A stretch of 64,000 bases of DNA from Dehalococcoidia bacterium (GTDB taxonomy: Bacteria; Chloroflexota; Dehalococcoidia; Bin125): assembly GCA_963555985.3 (NCBI GenBank), contig OY820591.1:576001-640000 (forward strand), written 5' to 3'. The notes beneath the pieces are model-generated. The model was given only the letters and a program-made list of their open reading frames with translations. It searched no databases and was not told the DNA's origin. Positions 36,882 to 46,953 of the stretch are shown in pieces. Position 1 is the first letter of the stretch. The number at the start of each line of letters is the position of its first letter. A program made the position numbers and the translations under genes.

Positions 36882-37124
36882 CTAGCACTTGATCGTGATT
36901 GTCGTGTTGAGTTTTTTGAACTCGCGTTTGAGGTCGTTCAAGGCGCTGTCAAGCTCCTCAGCCGCGCGGTGGGTGCTGGCATCTTGATCCACAAGTCGAA
37001 TGCTGGCTTTGCAGGCAGAGCAAAAGACAGTCTCTTGCAGGCGAATCGCGCGCAGCTGTATATCCATGGCGAACCCACACCGTGGACAATCCACAGTTAC
37101 GCAGTAGTCATCTAGGGGAGGCAT
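36882..37124 (-). CDS. Small zinc-ribbon + coiled-coil protein
   Basis: CPRC...CSAC; 7 nt upstream of the nuclease-like gene. Confidence 0.6.
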   Translation of the reverse strand: MPPLDDYCVTVDCPRCGFAMDIQLRAIRLQETVFCSACKASIRLVDQDASTHRAAEELDSALNDLKREFKKLNTTITIKC

Positions 37125-37412
37125 AGCTCGCTCCAATCTTTGCCCCAGCACGAAGGGGCCACTCACGTGTTGATATTACACCATGTCGGCCCTAAACAGG
37201 CACACCCTCGGCTTCGACAAATCCTCCGCCATCCCGAGGGCCGGGGTCTCGAACTCAAATCGCGCCACGACCGTCGGGGTCGAGACCATGAAGATCGTCA
37301 ACAATGTTCCGCCCCTCGCCGAAATGCACGAGAATGAACGTGCGATATCCACCCGCCCGACGCTGCGCGCCAATCCAGACTCAGGCCGCTAGGCTGATTC
37401 CGGGAGTCCGCC

Positions 37413-37760
37413 ATGCCCACCCAAGTCAGGGCCCGCTACGCCGACGGCACACTCGAGCCGTTTGAGCCGCTCGACCTCGCCGAGGGCTGCCTGGTCACCC
37501 TCTCTGTCTCGGAAGAGCCTGAAGCAGAGCCGGAATCGCTGCTCGAACTGTTCGAGCGCCTGCACCGCGATTAGCCGACGGAGACGCGGGTCCCATGCCG
37601 CCCGACGGCGCCAGGAACTACAAGCACTACCTCTACAGCCACCCCAAGGCAGCGGACTGACGCGAACAGTCTTCGCCGACGCGGGATTCCGGACTGGCCT
37701 GCTCCGTGAAGACCGGCTCTGACGCAACGGCCCCGTGCGCGGCCTCGGCTACAACCAGTA
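37413..37760 (+). pseudogene. Decayed AF2212/DUF104-type antitoxin and PIN toxin N-terminus
   Basis: MPTQVRARYADGTLEPFEPLDLAEG..*; PPDGARNYKHYLY..; RTVFADAGF. Confidence 0.65.
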
Positions 37761-37772
37761 TTCGGATGAGGA

Positions 37773-38321
37773 TTAGTCGGACGAGAGCAGGGCGGTGATG
37801 CGCTGCTGTTGCGACCGCTCAAGCTTGGCGCAACTGGCGCGGGCGCGCAGGGTGTCGGTCAAGGCGGTGAAGACGGCGGCGTTGGGGTCGTTGAGTTGCT
37901 CATCCAACGCTGTGCGAAACCATGCGACGACCTGATCCCATGGCCATTCTGTGCAGTCGCCGTTGACGGCTATGAGCCCACCCGGGAAGTCGCCCGGGCC
38001 GACGGCCCCAGCTATGAGCGCCTCAACACTCCGCTCGCTGTGGCCTGAGCGTTCGGCGATTTGGTTGATTGTCACAAACGACGTGTCAACGACGCCAACG
38101 ACCTTGACCCCGCCGACGCTCTCAACCTGCCGGACTCCGGTGAGCACGGCTTCTTCGAGACACTCCCCGTCTCGCATAAAGCCCGCGTACTGAACGCCGC
38201 TACGCCAATGGGGGCTGATGTCGTCGTTGGTCGATGCCGACGCGTGAGACAGTGCGCTGAGCGCGTCGTCTTCCATCAGGTCGCGGCCTTCGACGATCAG
38301 GTCGAAATCCCAGCGTGTCAT
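37773..38321 (-). CDS. HicB-like/AlpA-HTH DNA-binding antitoxin
   Basis: F.RDGECLEEAVLTGVRQV, VTINQIAERSG, GPGDFP, WPWDQVVAWF; ATGA overlap. Confidence 0.65.
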   Translation of the reverse strand: MTRWDFDLIVEGRDLMEDDALSALSHASASTNDDISPHWRSGVQYAGFMRDGECLEEAVLTGVRQVESVGGVKVVGVVDTSFVTINQIAERSGHSERSVEALIAGAVGPGDFPGGLIAVNGDCTEWPWDQVVAWFRTALDEQLNDPNAAVFTALTDTLRARASCAKLERSQQQRITALLSSD

Positions 38322-38560
38322 GTCAACTCTCCATGGCGTTGATGCGGACACCTGGTCATGGCGCGTCGCAGATACTCCGCATGGGCGCCCGGGTTGCGCG
38401 GAGTCGAGAAGATCGGCTCGCGGCATCCTTGCCGGCTGGATTCGGGACAGAGCATGCGTCCCCAGTTGTGACCGCGCGGCGACCGAACAATGCGCCAACC
38501 CGCTCGCTCCGCTTCCCGCAGGGCATCCTCGATCTCCTTCTTCGGATGTCGCTCTCTCAC
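38318..38560 (-). CDS. HicA-like toxin (Cys-containing subfamily)
   Basis: HPKKEIEDAL..A...GW, GHNWG...CP, STPRNP..HA. Confidence 0.65.
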   Translation of the reverse strand: MRERHPKKEIEDALREAERAGWRIVRSPRGHNWGRMLCPESSRQGCREPIFSTPRNPGAHAEYLRRAMTRCPHQRHGELT

Positions 38561-38583
38561 GGACTAACGCTAGCTGATGCGAC

Positions 38584-39792
38584 TCAGGCAAGCAGCAGCG
38601 GGATCTCCATCTCCTCCGGACGCAGGCCGGCGTGGTGGCCGATTAGTTTGAACTGGGGATTGCCGGCCTCTCCGTAGGTGATGATTTTGGCCTTGTTCGT
38701 GATCGCGATGTGAGTGCCGATCCGTTCCGCCGAGGCTGCCGACAGCGTGCCCGCGCCGAACAGTTGCAGCGCCTCAAACTCGGCCCGGCTCAGCAGCGCC
38801 CAGTCTTGGCCCCAACGCTCGCGGAATTTGGCCGCGAAGCGGCGTTCGCGGCCGGGGCGGACGCAGAACATCGGCACGCGGGGTTCTCCGAACGGGGCCG
38901 TGTGCAGATCGTCCAGCAACGGATCGTGGGGCAGGATCGTGGCCTTGTCCGCTTCGGCGATGTGGAGTTCGCCGTGATCGGGAGTGACGGCGATCCGCGC
39001 GCGGCCCGCGAACTGATCGCGGAGTTCGGTCAGGGCGCGGTCAACCGCGTTCAGCGCCCGCTGCGCGTCGCTGCTGTTCGGTCCCGCGCGATGCGAAGCG
39101 GCGTCCAGCATGGGCAGGTAGAGATAGTGAACGCCGCCTTCGTTCTGATCGACGATCCGGCGCACGACGGCGGCGACGGCGTTGCGGAGGTGGTCATACG
39201 GATCGGTCGGCCACTCGCCCCGCGAGTAGAGGTTGAATTCGCTGTGAGCGATCTGGCGGGGGTGATAGGTGCGCAGATGTGTATCGATCTGCGCTAGGCG
39301 CGAGGGGTAGGCGAACGCCTCATTGGGACGGACCCCGAATTGGCGCAGGGGGCGATTGCTGATGCGCTCGACGTAGGGCAGGATCGTGGCTGTGATATTG
39401 CGGTCGTGTAAGTGCGTGTTCCAGGCGGGAATGCCGTGTTGGGACGGCCAGACGCCTGTAGCCAACGTCGTCAGCGCCGCCGCCGTCGTCGAAGGGAAGA
39501 CGGCGCGCAGCTGCACCTCTTCCGCGCTGGCGAGGAATCCGTCAGGGCGGGCGCGCTCATGGAACACGCAGCCGAGTCCGTCAACGAGGACGAACAACAA
39601 CGGGCGCTCATGCCCGATCCGCTCAACGAGCTCAGCCGCTCGATCGTCGTCATCGCTCAGCGGAACGCCGCCGATGTTGGAGACGGCGCGGGCGAGGTCA
39701 ACCGTCGAAGGCGGCGCGTCGCCTTCGAAGGGGTGGAGGAGATCGCCGTCGCGGAACCAGCGCTCGACACGCTCAACATCAGCGGACGCCAC
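38584..39792 (-). CDS. Alkaline phosphatase superfamily / nucleotide pyrophosphatase
   Basis: VLVDGLG, FPSTT, D..SH..G, TPDHG, GHHAGL. Confidence 0.88.
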   Translation of the reverse strand: MASADVERVERWFRDGDLLHPFEGDAPPSTVDLARAVSNIGGVPLSDDDDRAAELVERIGHERPLLFVLVDGLGCVFHERARPDGFLASAEEVQLRAVFPSTTAAALTTLATGVWPSQHGIPAWNTHLHDRNITATILPYVERISNRPLRQFGVRPNEAFAYPSRLAQIDTHLRTYHPRQIAHSEFNLYSRGEWPTDPYDHLRNAVAAVVRRIVDQNEGGVHYLYLPMLDAASHRAGPNSSDAQRALNAVDRALTELRDQFAGRARIAVTPDHGELHIAEADKATILPHDPLLDDLHTAPFGEPRVPMFCVRPGRERRFAAKFRERWGQDWALLSRAEFEALQLFGAGTLSAASAERIGTHIAITNKAKIITYGEAGNPQFKLIGHHAGLRPEEMEIPLLLA

Positions 39793-39825
39793 CGCAATCT
39801 CGCAATCCAGCGCCGGCGCCGAACG

Positions 39826-39869
39826 CCCCCTTCAGTCCCTACGGGACAGCTTCCCCCGGAGGGGGAAGC
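39826..39869. repeat. REP1 variant
   Basis: CCCCCTTCAGTC..GACAGCTTCCCCC..GGGGGAAGC. Confidence 0.75.
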
Positions 39870-39884
39870 GGGAATCTTCGGCGA

Positions 39885-40742
39885 TTAGATCTGAGAGTAG
39901 CCGGATCCTGGCGAGGTGACGCCGGTGCCGGCCGGCTCCTTGCCGCCCATGTCCCAGCCGAACTCCTTCAGGATCTCCTGCGAGTAGGTCACCCGGCCGG
40001 AGACCTTGTCCAGCGGCTCGGTGGCGAGCAGCAGCGCCGCCTGCGCCATGATCTCGACCGACTCGCTGTCGTTGGGGTCGCGGCCTTCCATCAGGCGATG
40101 GTGGACGACGCCCGGGGTGGGCACGATCTGCGAGGGGCTGTAGCAGGTGACCGAGACGCCGTACTGATGGACCTCGGAGGCGAGTCCCTGCGTGAAGCGC
40201 TCCAGCGCCGCCTTCTCCGCGCCGTAGAGCGTGCCCCCGCCGCCGTCGCCCTCGTACGGGCCTCGGCCCGGGCCGATGGCCGCCGCCGAGGAGACGTTCA
40301 CGATCGCCCCGCTGCCGCGCTCGATCATGCCGCCCTCATTCAGGCAGAGTTGGCTCATGTAGAAGGGGCCGTGGAAGTTGACCGCAGTCGAACGCAGCCA
40401 GCGGCGAATCGGGAAGTCTTTGACCGGGATGAAGTAGGTCAGCGCCGCGTTGTTGACGAGCACGTCGGGCTGGCCGTAGGTGTCGAGGCAGGACTGCACG
40501 ATCCCGGCGCACTCTTCGTACTCGGAGACGTTGCCGGCCACCGCAGTCGCCTCGCCGCCCGCGTCGCGGATGTTCTTGATCGTCATTTCGAGCGAACCGG
40601 GCAGCGGGTGCGTGCCCTCTTGCACCGTCCGCGCGGTCGCGATCACCTTCGCGCCTTCAGCCGCGAAACACTCCGCAATTGCTGCGCCGATCCCGCGGCT
40701 CGCGCCGGTCACGATCGCGACCTTGCCGTCCAACTTGCCCAT
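39885..40742 (-). CDS. SDR oxidoreductase
   Basis: TGASRGIG, NNAA, YGAEK. Confidence 0.92.
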   Translation of the reverse strand: MGKLDGKVAIVTGASRGIGAAIAECFAAEGAKVIATARTVQEGTHPLPGSLEMTIKNIRDAGGEATAVAGNVSEYEECAGIVQSCLDTYGQPDVLVNNAALTYFIPVKDFPIRRWLRSTAVNFHGPFYMSQLCLNEGGMIERGSGAIVNVSSAAAIGPGRGPYEGDGGGGTLYGAEKAALERFTQGLASEVHQYGVSVTCYSPSQIVPTPGVVHHRLMEGRDPNDSESVEIMAQAALLLATEPLDKVSGRVTYSQEILKEFGWDMGGKEPAGTGVTSPGSGYSQI

Positions 40743-40824
40743 TGCAGTCTCCAGACTCTGATCTCTCAGTGCTTCGAACGTCGCTTGCAGGCAGCATAAC
40801 GCCGACCCGCGATACCCTCCGCCC

Positions 40825-42087
40825 ATGACGAATGCGAACGGCGCGAGTCAGTTGCAGCGCGTAGTCATCGTCGGCGCCTCGCTCGCCGGCCTCAACGCTG
40901 CCGAAACCCTGCGCGCCGAGGGCTACGACGCCGAGATCGTCCTGATCGGCGACGAACCCCACGATCCCTACGACCGCCCGCCGCTATCGAAGCAGTTGCT
41001 CACCGGCGAATGGGACACGGATCGCTTGTCTTTGCGAAGTCCGGAGGAGTTCGCCGGCCTGCGGCTCGAATTCATGCGCGGCCGCCGCGCGACCGCTCTG
41101 GACATCGCCGAGCAGTCCGTCGCGCTGGACGATGGCGAACAGGTCTCGTTCGACGGCCTGATCATCGCCAACGGGGCCGATCCGATCACGCTGCGCGGCG
41201 CTGACGAGTTCGAGGGCGTCCACACCCTCCGCAACCAGGCCGACGCGCTTCGGATCCGGGCTGAGTTCGAGACTGCCGCCGAATCCGGCGGGCGGATCGT
41301 CGTGATCGGCGCGGGCTTCATCGGCGCCGAGGCGGCTTCCTCGGCTCGCGCTCGCGGTCTGGACGTCACGCTCGTCGAGGCGCTGGAAGCGCCGATGATC
41401 GGCCCGCTCGGGCCGGAGCTTGGCGCCTGGGCCGCCCAATTGCACGCAGACGCGGGTGTCGATCTGCGCATGAACACCAAGCTGGATCGACTGCTTGGCG
41501 ACACGCACGTCGAGGCCGTTCAACTCGACAACGGCGAGACCATCCCCGCCGCCGCCGTCGTCATCGGCATCGGTGTCCGACCCGCCGTCGGCTGGCTCCA
41601 GAATTCCGGCCTCAGCATCGGCGACGGCGTGCTCTGCGACCAGTTCTGCCGCGCCGCCCCATTGATCTACGCCGCTGGCGACATCTGCCGCTGGCCCAAC
41701 GCGCTCTTTACCCACTTCACCTACCACCAACCCAACCGCACCATGCGAATCGAGCATTGGACCAACGCTATCGAACAAGGCATCGCCGCCGCCCGCAATC
41801 TCCTGCTCGAAGCCCGGGGCGAGTCACTCGAACCGTTCGCCCCAGCGCCCTACTTCTGGTCAGACCAACACGGCAAGAGCATCATGGCCTCCGGCATCAC
41901 ATCGCCACGAGATGCAGTCGTAGTAGCGCATGGCGCACTGGACGAGCGCCGCTTCGCCGCCCTCTATGGTTTGCGCGGGTATCTGAGCGGTGTCGTAGCG
42001 GTCGGTTGGCCGAGGATGCTGCGGCGATACCAGGCGATGATTCGTGAGCAGGTGTCGTGGGAGGAGGCGCTTCAGTCGGCGGAGTGA
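40825..42087 (+). CDS. FAD/NAD-dependent ferredoxin reductase-like oxidoreductase
   Basis: GASLAG, PYDRPPLSK, GAGFIGAE, AAGD, PYFWSDQ. Confidence 0.92.
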   Translation: MTNANGASQLQRVVIVGASLAGLNAAETLRAEGYDAEIVLIGDEPHDPYDRPPLSKQLLTGEWDTDRLSLRSPEEFAGLRLEFMRGRRATALDIAEQSVALDDGEQVSFDGLIIANGADPITLRGADEFEGVHTLRNQADALRIRAEFETAAESGGRIVVIGAGFIGAEAASSARARGLDVTLVEALEAPMIGPLGPELGAWAAQLHADAGVDLRMNTKLDRLLGDTHVEAVQLDNGETIPAAAVVIGIGVRPAVGWLQNSGLSIGDGVLCDQFCRAAPLIYAAGDICRWPNALFTHFTYHQPNRTMRIEHWTNAIEQGIAAARNLLLEARGESLEPFAPAPYFWSDQHGKSIMASGITSPRDAVVVAHGALDERRFAALYGLRGYLSGVVAVGWPRMLRRYQAMIREQVSWEEALQSAE

Positions 42088-42551
42088 ATCAAGGCGGCAT
42101 CGACCGCAGACTCGGCTTCAGGCTGCTCAAAACTGTCCAGTGGAGAGACGGCGTTCGGGTTCATCAATCGCCGCAGTTCAGCTACGCGGGCGACTGCGTC
42201 GCCAACGCGGTGGATAGCGTCTGCAAGTTCGGACGAACGGGAGCAGACGACTTCAAGTTGCCCATCGTTGATGCTGACATCGAGCGTTTGCGCGACATCG
42301 GCGATATGCCCGCGTAGGATTGGCGTGAGCATAGGCGGTGCGAAGTTCGACTTGAGCCAGGGAATGGCGAGGCCGAAGTCGGTGACCACGATCTGACCGT
42401 GTCTGGGTACCAGAAACAGCACGATCGGATCACGATTCGGAAGCAAGAAAGGCGTGTAGACACGCACCTCGCCACGATCCCAACGTTCGCATTCATAGAG
42501 TTGGGCGAGTCCGAGTCCCAGTGCGTGTGCGACTTCGTTGCGCTCGATCAT
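42072..42551 (-). CDS. DUF1828-like protein
   Basis: VYTPFLLPNRDPI..., VTDFG. Confidence 0.7.
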   Translation of the reverse strand: MIERNEVAHALGLGLAQLYECERWDRGEVRVYTPFLLPNRDPIVLFLVPRHGQIVVTDFGLAIPWLKSNFAPPMLTPILRGHIADVAQTLDVSINDGQLEVVCSRSSELADAIHRVGDAVARVAELRRLMNPNAVSPLDSFEQPEAESAVDAALIHSAD

Positions 42552-42562
42552 CTCATCTGTCC

Positions 42563-43003
42563 CTAGGTCCGTGGTTCAGAGAGCGTCCCTAAGTGGAGAA
42601 TACGAGCTTCAGCACAGAACTGCCGCCAAGCGGGGCCGGGTTGATCCCAGGAAGCAGTGTTGTCTCCAGATTCATCTGCCCAGTGGTCGCCGTGTTGGGT
42701 AGTCCAGCGATGGAAGTGGACGGGAGCCAGCGGCGTGCCGTCGGGATTCTTATGCCCCTTAAATCCTACGCACATTCTGAGGACAGCGCCGATGTCCGCC
42801 AGAACTACGGTGAAGAACAACGTCTCGCGGTGTGGGTACCAACTGCCATAGACCGTGAGCTGCCAATCAGAATCAGAGGAGATTTCAGCCTGAAACTCCA
42901 TCCCAGGAAGATGGTCGATGTCCGGAAACCAGCGGATATCTCCCACGATCTGTTTCGTGCGGTCGCTCAGAATCTCCTCGAATTCAGCATCGCTCAGCGC
43001 CAT
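42563..43003 (-). CDS. DUF6978-like protein
   Basis: L...EFE.I..D..K.I.GD..W; GHKNPDG...HFHRW. Confidence 0.6.
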   Translation of the reverse strand: MALSDAEFEEILSDRTKQIVGDIRWFPDIDHLPGMEFQAEISSDSDWQLTVYGSWYPHRETLFFTVVLADIGAVLRMCVGFKGHKNPDGTPLAPVHFHRWTTQHGDHWADESGDNTASWDQPGPAWRQFCAEARILHLGTLSEPRT

Positions 43004-43012
43004 GAGCGCAGC

Positions 43013-44194
43013 TTATGACCAGCCTCGCGAACCGGAGCCTCGCCGCTCCGCCCATGACGCGGCCACATCCACCAACACCTTCGCCATTCCCAACCGACCC
43101 TGAAACCCCGTATACGTTGCCTCCCCCCGCACGATCCGGCAGAACGCCCGCCAAAACCGATCACTCCGCTGCAAGAGCTGCGTATACGGCCACGGCGTGT
43201 AGTGAAACAGCGCCTGCAACTGGCGCGCGGCCGCGAGTTCCGGTTCAATCTCGTGTTCGATGCTCAGCCGGTAGTCAGTCAGATCAGGCGCCTGCCCATC
43301 GAGATACTCCCGAACCGCCTGAGCCGCCAACTGACCCGAACGAATCGCATTCCCGATCCCTTCGCCCGACAATGGATCGACCAGCCCCGCCGCATCACCA
43401 ACGAACACGGTGGAACCGCTGACCAGAGCGCTCTCCGGATCTCTGAGCGGCAGGTGGTGCGCTCGCAGATCGGTCAGTGTCTCCGGGTCGAACGACTCGA
43501 TCCGTGCGTACTCCGCCAGTTCCTGCCGCAGCGTCGGCGCGGCGCTGGGAAATCCTCCGACGCCCACGTTGCAGTGATCCCCCTTGGGGAAGACCCAGCC
43601 GTAGCCGCCAGGCATCGAGCCGAGCTCAAGTCCGACGGCGTCCGTCCAGCGCTCGCCAGCCGGTCCACTTGACCGAGCAGCGTTGCCCTCGAGCGCGATA
43701 GCCGCCCGAAGTCGAGGCAGACCCAACGCGCGACGCACGACTCCATTCGCACCGTCAGCCGCAATGATCGCGCCCGCCTGGAGTGCATCGCCGTGAGCGA
43801 GCCGAACCGTGATCGTTCCGTTCTGCTCAACCGAACGCACGCCGCTGGAGTCCTGGAACACCGCTCCAGCCGCAACCGCCTGCTCCACCAGGTAGGCGTC
43901 CAGCCGTGAGCGCTGTGTCATGATCGCGAGCGGTTGCTCATAACGATGCTCAAACTCGGATCCGCGCCGATAACGCACCCGAAATGATGTGATCGTCTGC
44001 TCAGTCACCGGATCGAGCGAGAACGGCAACAGCTTGACCGCAGAGACCAGCACGCCCCCACCGCACGGCTTGTCGCGCGGAAAGCTGGCGCGATCCAGCA
44101 ACACCACATCCGCGCCCGCCCGCGCGAGCTCGTACGCAGCGGTCGCGCCGCCCGGCCCCGCTCCAACGACTACGACGTCCCGGCGAGTCGCCAT
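43013..44194 (-). CDS. Geranylgeranyl reductase family flavoprotein
   Basis: GAGPGG, FPRDKPCGGG, ADGANG, YGWVFPK, GDAAGLVDPLSGEGI. Confidence 0.92.
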   Translation of the reverse strand: MATRRDVVVVGAGPGGATAAYELARAGADVVLLDRASFPRDKPCGGGVLVSAVKLLPFSLDPVTEQTITSFRVRYRRGSEFEHRYEQPLAIMTQRSRLDAYLVEQAVAAGAVFQDSSGVRSVEQNGTITVRLAHGDALQAGAIIAADGANGVVRRALGLPRLRAAIALEGNAARSSGPAGERWTDAVGLELGSMPGGYGWVFPKGDHCNVGVGGFPSAAPTLRQELAEYARIESFDPETLTDLRAHHLPLRDPESALVSGSTVFVGDAAGLVDPLSGEGIGNAIRSGQLAAQAVREYLDGQAPDLTDYRLSIEHEIEPELAAARQLQALFHYTPWPYTQLLQRSDRFWRAFCRIVRGEATYTGFQGRLGMAKVLVDVAASWAERRGSGSRGWS

Positions 44195-44739
44195 TTGTCC
44201 CACACTGTCTTGAGCGCGGCGGATATCGGAGCCGCGAAGCAGAAGATGATCGCCTCGATCGGTTCGCCCAGGGCGACCGCGAGCAGCGGCAACGGCGCGG
44301 CCACGAGCAGGATGCCCAACTCGGCGATCCGCGTGACCAGATAGGTCAGCCCGCCGACCACAAATGTGATCCCGAACTGCCAGGGCATAAAGGCTCCGGC
44401 CGCTCCCAATGCCGTCGCCGCCGCGCGACCGCCGTTGAAGCGCAAAAACACCGGCCACATATGCCCAACCATCACCAGCCCGCCCGCCGCCATCCACCAA
44501 CCGAGCTCCAGACCCCACCAGCGCGCGATCGAGACCGCGAGCAAGCCTTTGCCGATATCGAAGACGATGATCACCGCGCCGAAAAAATGCCCCGCGCCCT
44601 CGCGGGAGGCGTTGGCCGCGCCCACATTGCCGTCGCCCACCTCACGCAGATCCAGACCTGTGCGCCAGCGAAACACCAGCCACGAGACCGGGATTGATCC
44701 CAGCAGATAGGCGAGGACGAGCGTGACCGCCTCGGCCAT
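44170..44739 (-). CDS. plsY: Glycerol-3-phosphate acyltransferase PlsY family
   Basis: YLLGSIP, DLR..GDGNVGAAN, DIGKG, GHMWPVFLRFNGG. Confidence 0.85.
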   Translation of the reverse strand: MAEAVTLVLAYLLGSIPVSWLVFRWRTGLDLREVGDGNVGAANASREGAGHFFGAVIIVFDIGKGLLAVSIARWWGLELGWWMAAGGLVMVGHMWPVFLRFNGGRAAATALGAAGAFMPWQFGITFVVGGLTYLVTRIAELGILLVAAPLPLLAVALGEPIEAIIFCFAAPISAALKTVWDKWRLAGTS

Positions 44740-44757
44740 CGCAGCCCTCCCGCGCCG

Positions 44758-45687
44758 CTAGTCGTTGGTATAGATCGGCGTCAGCCAGTGCGCGTAAGCG
44801 TCGCGCCGGCCGATGATCGCGTCGAAGTAGAGCCGCTCCAACTGCGCCGTGATCGGCCCCGTCTCGCCATTCCCGACCGTGCGCCGGTCGACCGACGAGA
44901 TCGGCGTCACATGCGCCGCCGTACCCGTCATAAACACTTCGTCCGCCAGCCACAGCTCAGAGCGGTCAAGCGTGCGCTCCACCGTGGGAATACCGAGTTC
45001 CTTCTCCGCCAGCTCCATCACCGTGTTGCGCGTGATCCCGACCAGGATGTTGTCCGAGCTGGGCGGCGTGTAAATCACGCCATCGTTGACGATGAAAATG
45101 TTCTCCCCGCTGCCCTCCGAGACGTGCCCGTCTTCGTTGAGCATGATCGCCTCGTCGAAACCCGCCGTTTCCGCCTCCGTCTTGGCCAGCGCCGAGTTGA
45201 TGTACGCGCCGGTCACTTTGGCCCGAACCGGAATCGACTGATCCTCAGTCCGCCGCCACGACGACGTGACCACATGCACGCCCCCGGTCGTGTCCAGGTA
45301 CGCCCCCCAGGGAATCAGAAAACAGAGAAAGTCGTCCGCAATCCCGTGCAGACGCACCCCCAGCGCCTGGGCCGACTTGTAGACCATCGGCCGCACGTAC
45401 ACGTCCTGCCGAAAGCCGCTCCGCCGCACCAACTCGATCGTGAGCTCGCAGAGCTCGTCGTCCGAGAGCGGCAAATCCATCATCAGCGCATGAGCCGACT
45501 TCCGCAGCCGTTCGTAGTGCTCGCGCATCCGAAAGAGATAGAGCTGTTCGTGTTCCTCGTTCCAGTTCGCGCGAATGCCCTCAAATACGGCCGTCCCATA
45601 ATGCAGGGCATGGGTCATGATGCTGATCTTGGCCTCGGAGAGGGGCAAAATCTCTCCGTGCAGATAGGCCATTTCAGTGCCGGACAT
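44758..45687 (-). CDS. ilvE: Branched-chain amino acid aminotransferase
   Basis: HALHYGTAVFEGIR, AKVTGAY, SEGSGENIF, GITR, TGTAA. Confidence 0.96.
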   Translation of the reverse strand: MSGTEMAYLHGEILPLSEAKISIMTHALHYGTAVFEGIRANWNEEHEQLYLFRMREHYERLRKSAHALMMDLPLSDDELCELTIELVRRSGFRQDVYVRPMVYKSAQALGVRLHGIADDFLCFLIPWGAYLDTTGGVHVVTSSWRRTEDQSIPVRAKVTGAYINSALAKTEAETAGFDEAIMLNEDGHVSEGSGENIFIVNDGVIYTPPSSDNILVGITRNTVMELAEKELGIPTVERTLDRSELWLADEVFMTGTAAHVTPISSVDRRTVGNGETGPITAQLERLYFDAIIGRRDAYAHWLTPIYTND

Positions 45688-45827
45688 CGCGCGCTCCCAG
45701 AGTGCTTGGTGCAGATGGCGTCAACGCAAACGCATTACCCGCCACGATACACGCGACCTACGGGCTGTTCATTGCCCTGGGCGGTGTGCGTCACAACGGG
45801 TCTGGCCGCTCTGCTCCGGGTTGGGGA

Positions 45828-46415
45828 CTAGCGCACCGCGACTGCGGGGTCGGTTGGTCGCGGAATCTGGTACCAGGGCTGATCGCAGACGAAGCGAGCG
45901 ATTCCGGCCTTGTCCGACGAGCCCAGCGCCAGTCCGAGCTTGCCAGGCGCGGAAATTGGACGCGCCCACGTAGCGCACCTTGCCCCAGCGCACGAGATCG
46001 TCGAGGGCCTGCATGGTCTCCTCGATGGGCGTGGACGGATCGGGTCCGTGGAGCTGATACAGATCGATGTAGTCCGTGCCGAGTCGTCGCAGCGAGTCGT
46101 CGACCGCTGAGAGAAGGTGCTGCCTCGAGTTTCCCCGCTGATGCGGCATGGGACCGGTCGGCACGAAACCCTTGGGATCACCTGATCGCGGGGCCGACCG
46201 GCCAGCCAACGGCCAATGCTCTCCTCGGTGCCGCCGATCTCCGTATTGCCTGCCGGATAGGCGTCGGACGTGTCGAGGAAGATCACGCCGGCGTCGAAGG
46301 CGGTATCGAGGATGCGATGGGCCTCCCCCATCTCCGTTCTTGAGCCGAAGGTCATGGTGCCCAGGCAGATTTCTGAAACCCGAAGCCCGGTTCCGCCCAT
46401 CTTGCGGTATCGCAT
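45828..46415 (-). pseudogene. Aldo/keto reductase pseudogene (two frameshifts, 3' truncated)
   Basis: [24 protein letters not shown] in one frame; [26 protein letters not shown] in another. Confidence 0.85.
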
Positions 46416-46545
46416 ACACCGTTCCTCTCTAAAGAACCGCATTGGGAGCGGCCAATGTATCGCGTCGAGGGCTGAGAGGGCTAAAGCAGCATTTGGGTTT
46501 GGGTGACCTGGGCGACGAGTCTGCCGTCGGGGTTGAGGATGGCGG

Positions 46546-46953
46546 TCAGAAGAGTCGCTCAAGCGCTTCTTGGGGTTCGAGTGCCGGGATAGGCGAGTTG
46601 CTGAAGCCGGTGCGGTCTCTGGTGACGATGTATTCGGCGCCGCAGAGTTCGGCGGCCGCCGCGTGCATCGCATCCTCGAAGTCGGTCATCGGGAGCTCCA
46701 GGGCGCGGAGCAACTGGGCAGTCCCCGTCGGCGGCACTTCCACGCTCGACGCCAACAGCTGCACCAATCTGAGTGCCGTCTCGCGGTCAGCTTCGCGTTC
46801 CGTGATGTAGAAGGCGGTGGCGATGCCGTGCCACGCTACGCATGCCTGGATCCGCCCTCGCCCCACTTCGTTGAGCAGCGCACGCGCGGCCGGCGCGTGC
46901 TCCCCGCGATCAAGGACGACGTCGAGAATCACATTGGTGTCGATCAGGATCAC
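46546..46953 (-). CDS. PIN-domain toxin
   Basis: IDTNVILD, DFEDA, IVTRD. Confidence 0.92.
   Translation of the reverse strand: MILIDTNVILDVVLDRGEHAPAARALLNEVGRGRIQACVAWHGIATAFYITEREADRETALRLVQLLASSVEVPPTGTAQLLRALELPMTDFEDAMHAAAAELCGAEYIVTRDRTGFSNSPIPALEPQEALERLF

Noticed and set aside
37130-37400. Short ORFs between the Zn-ribbon gene and the TA remnant
   Set aside because: No recognisable motifs; possibly decayed coding sequence, cannot be called
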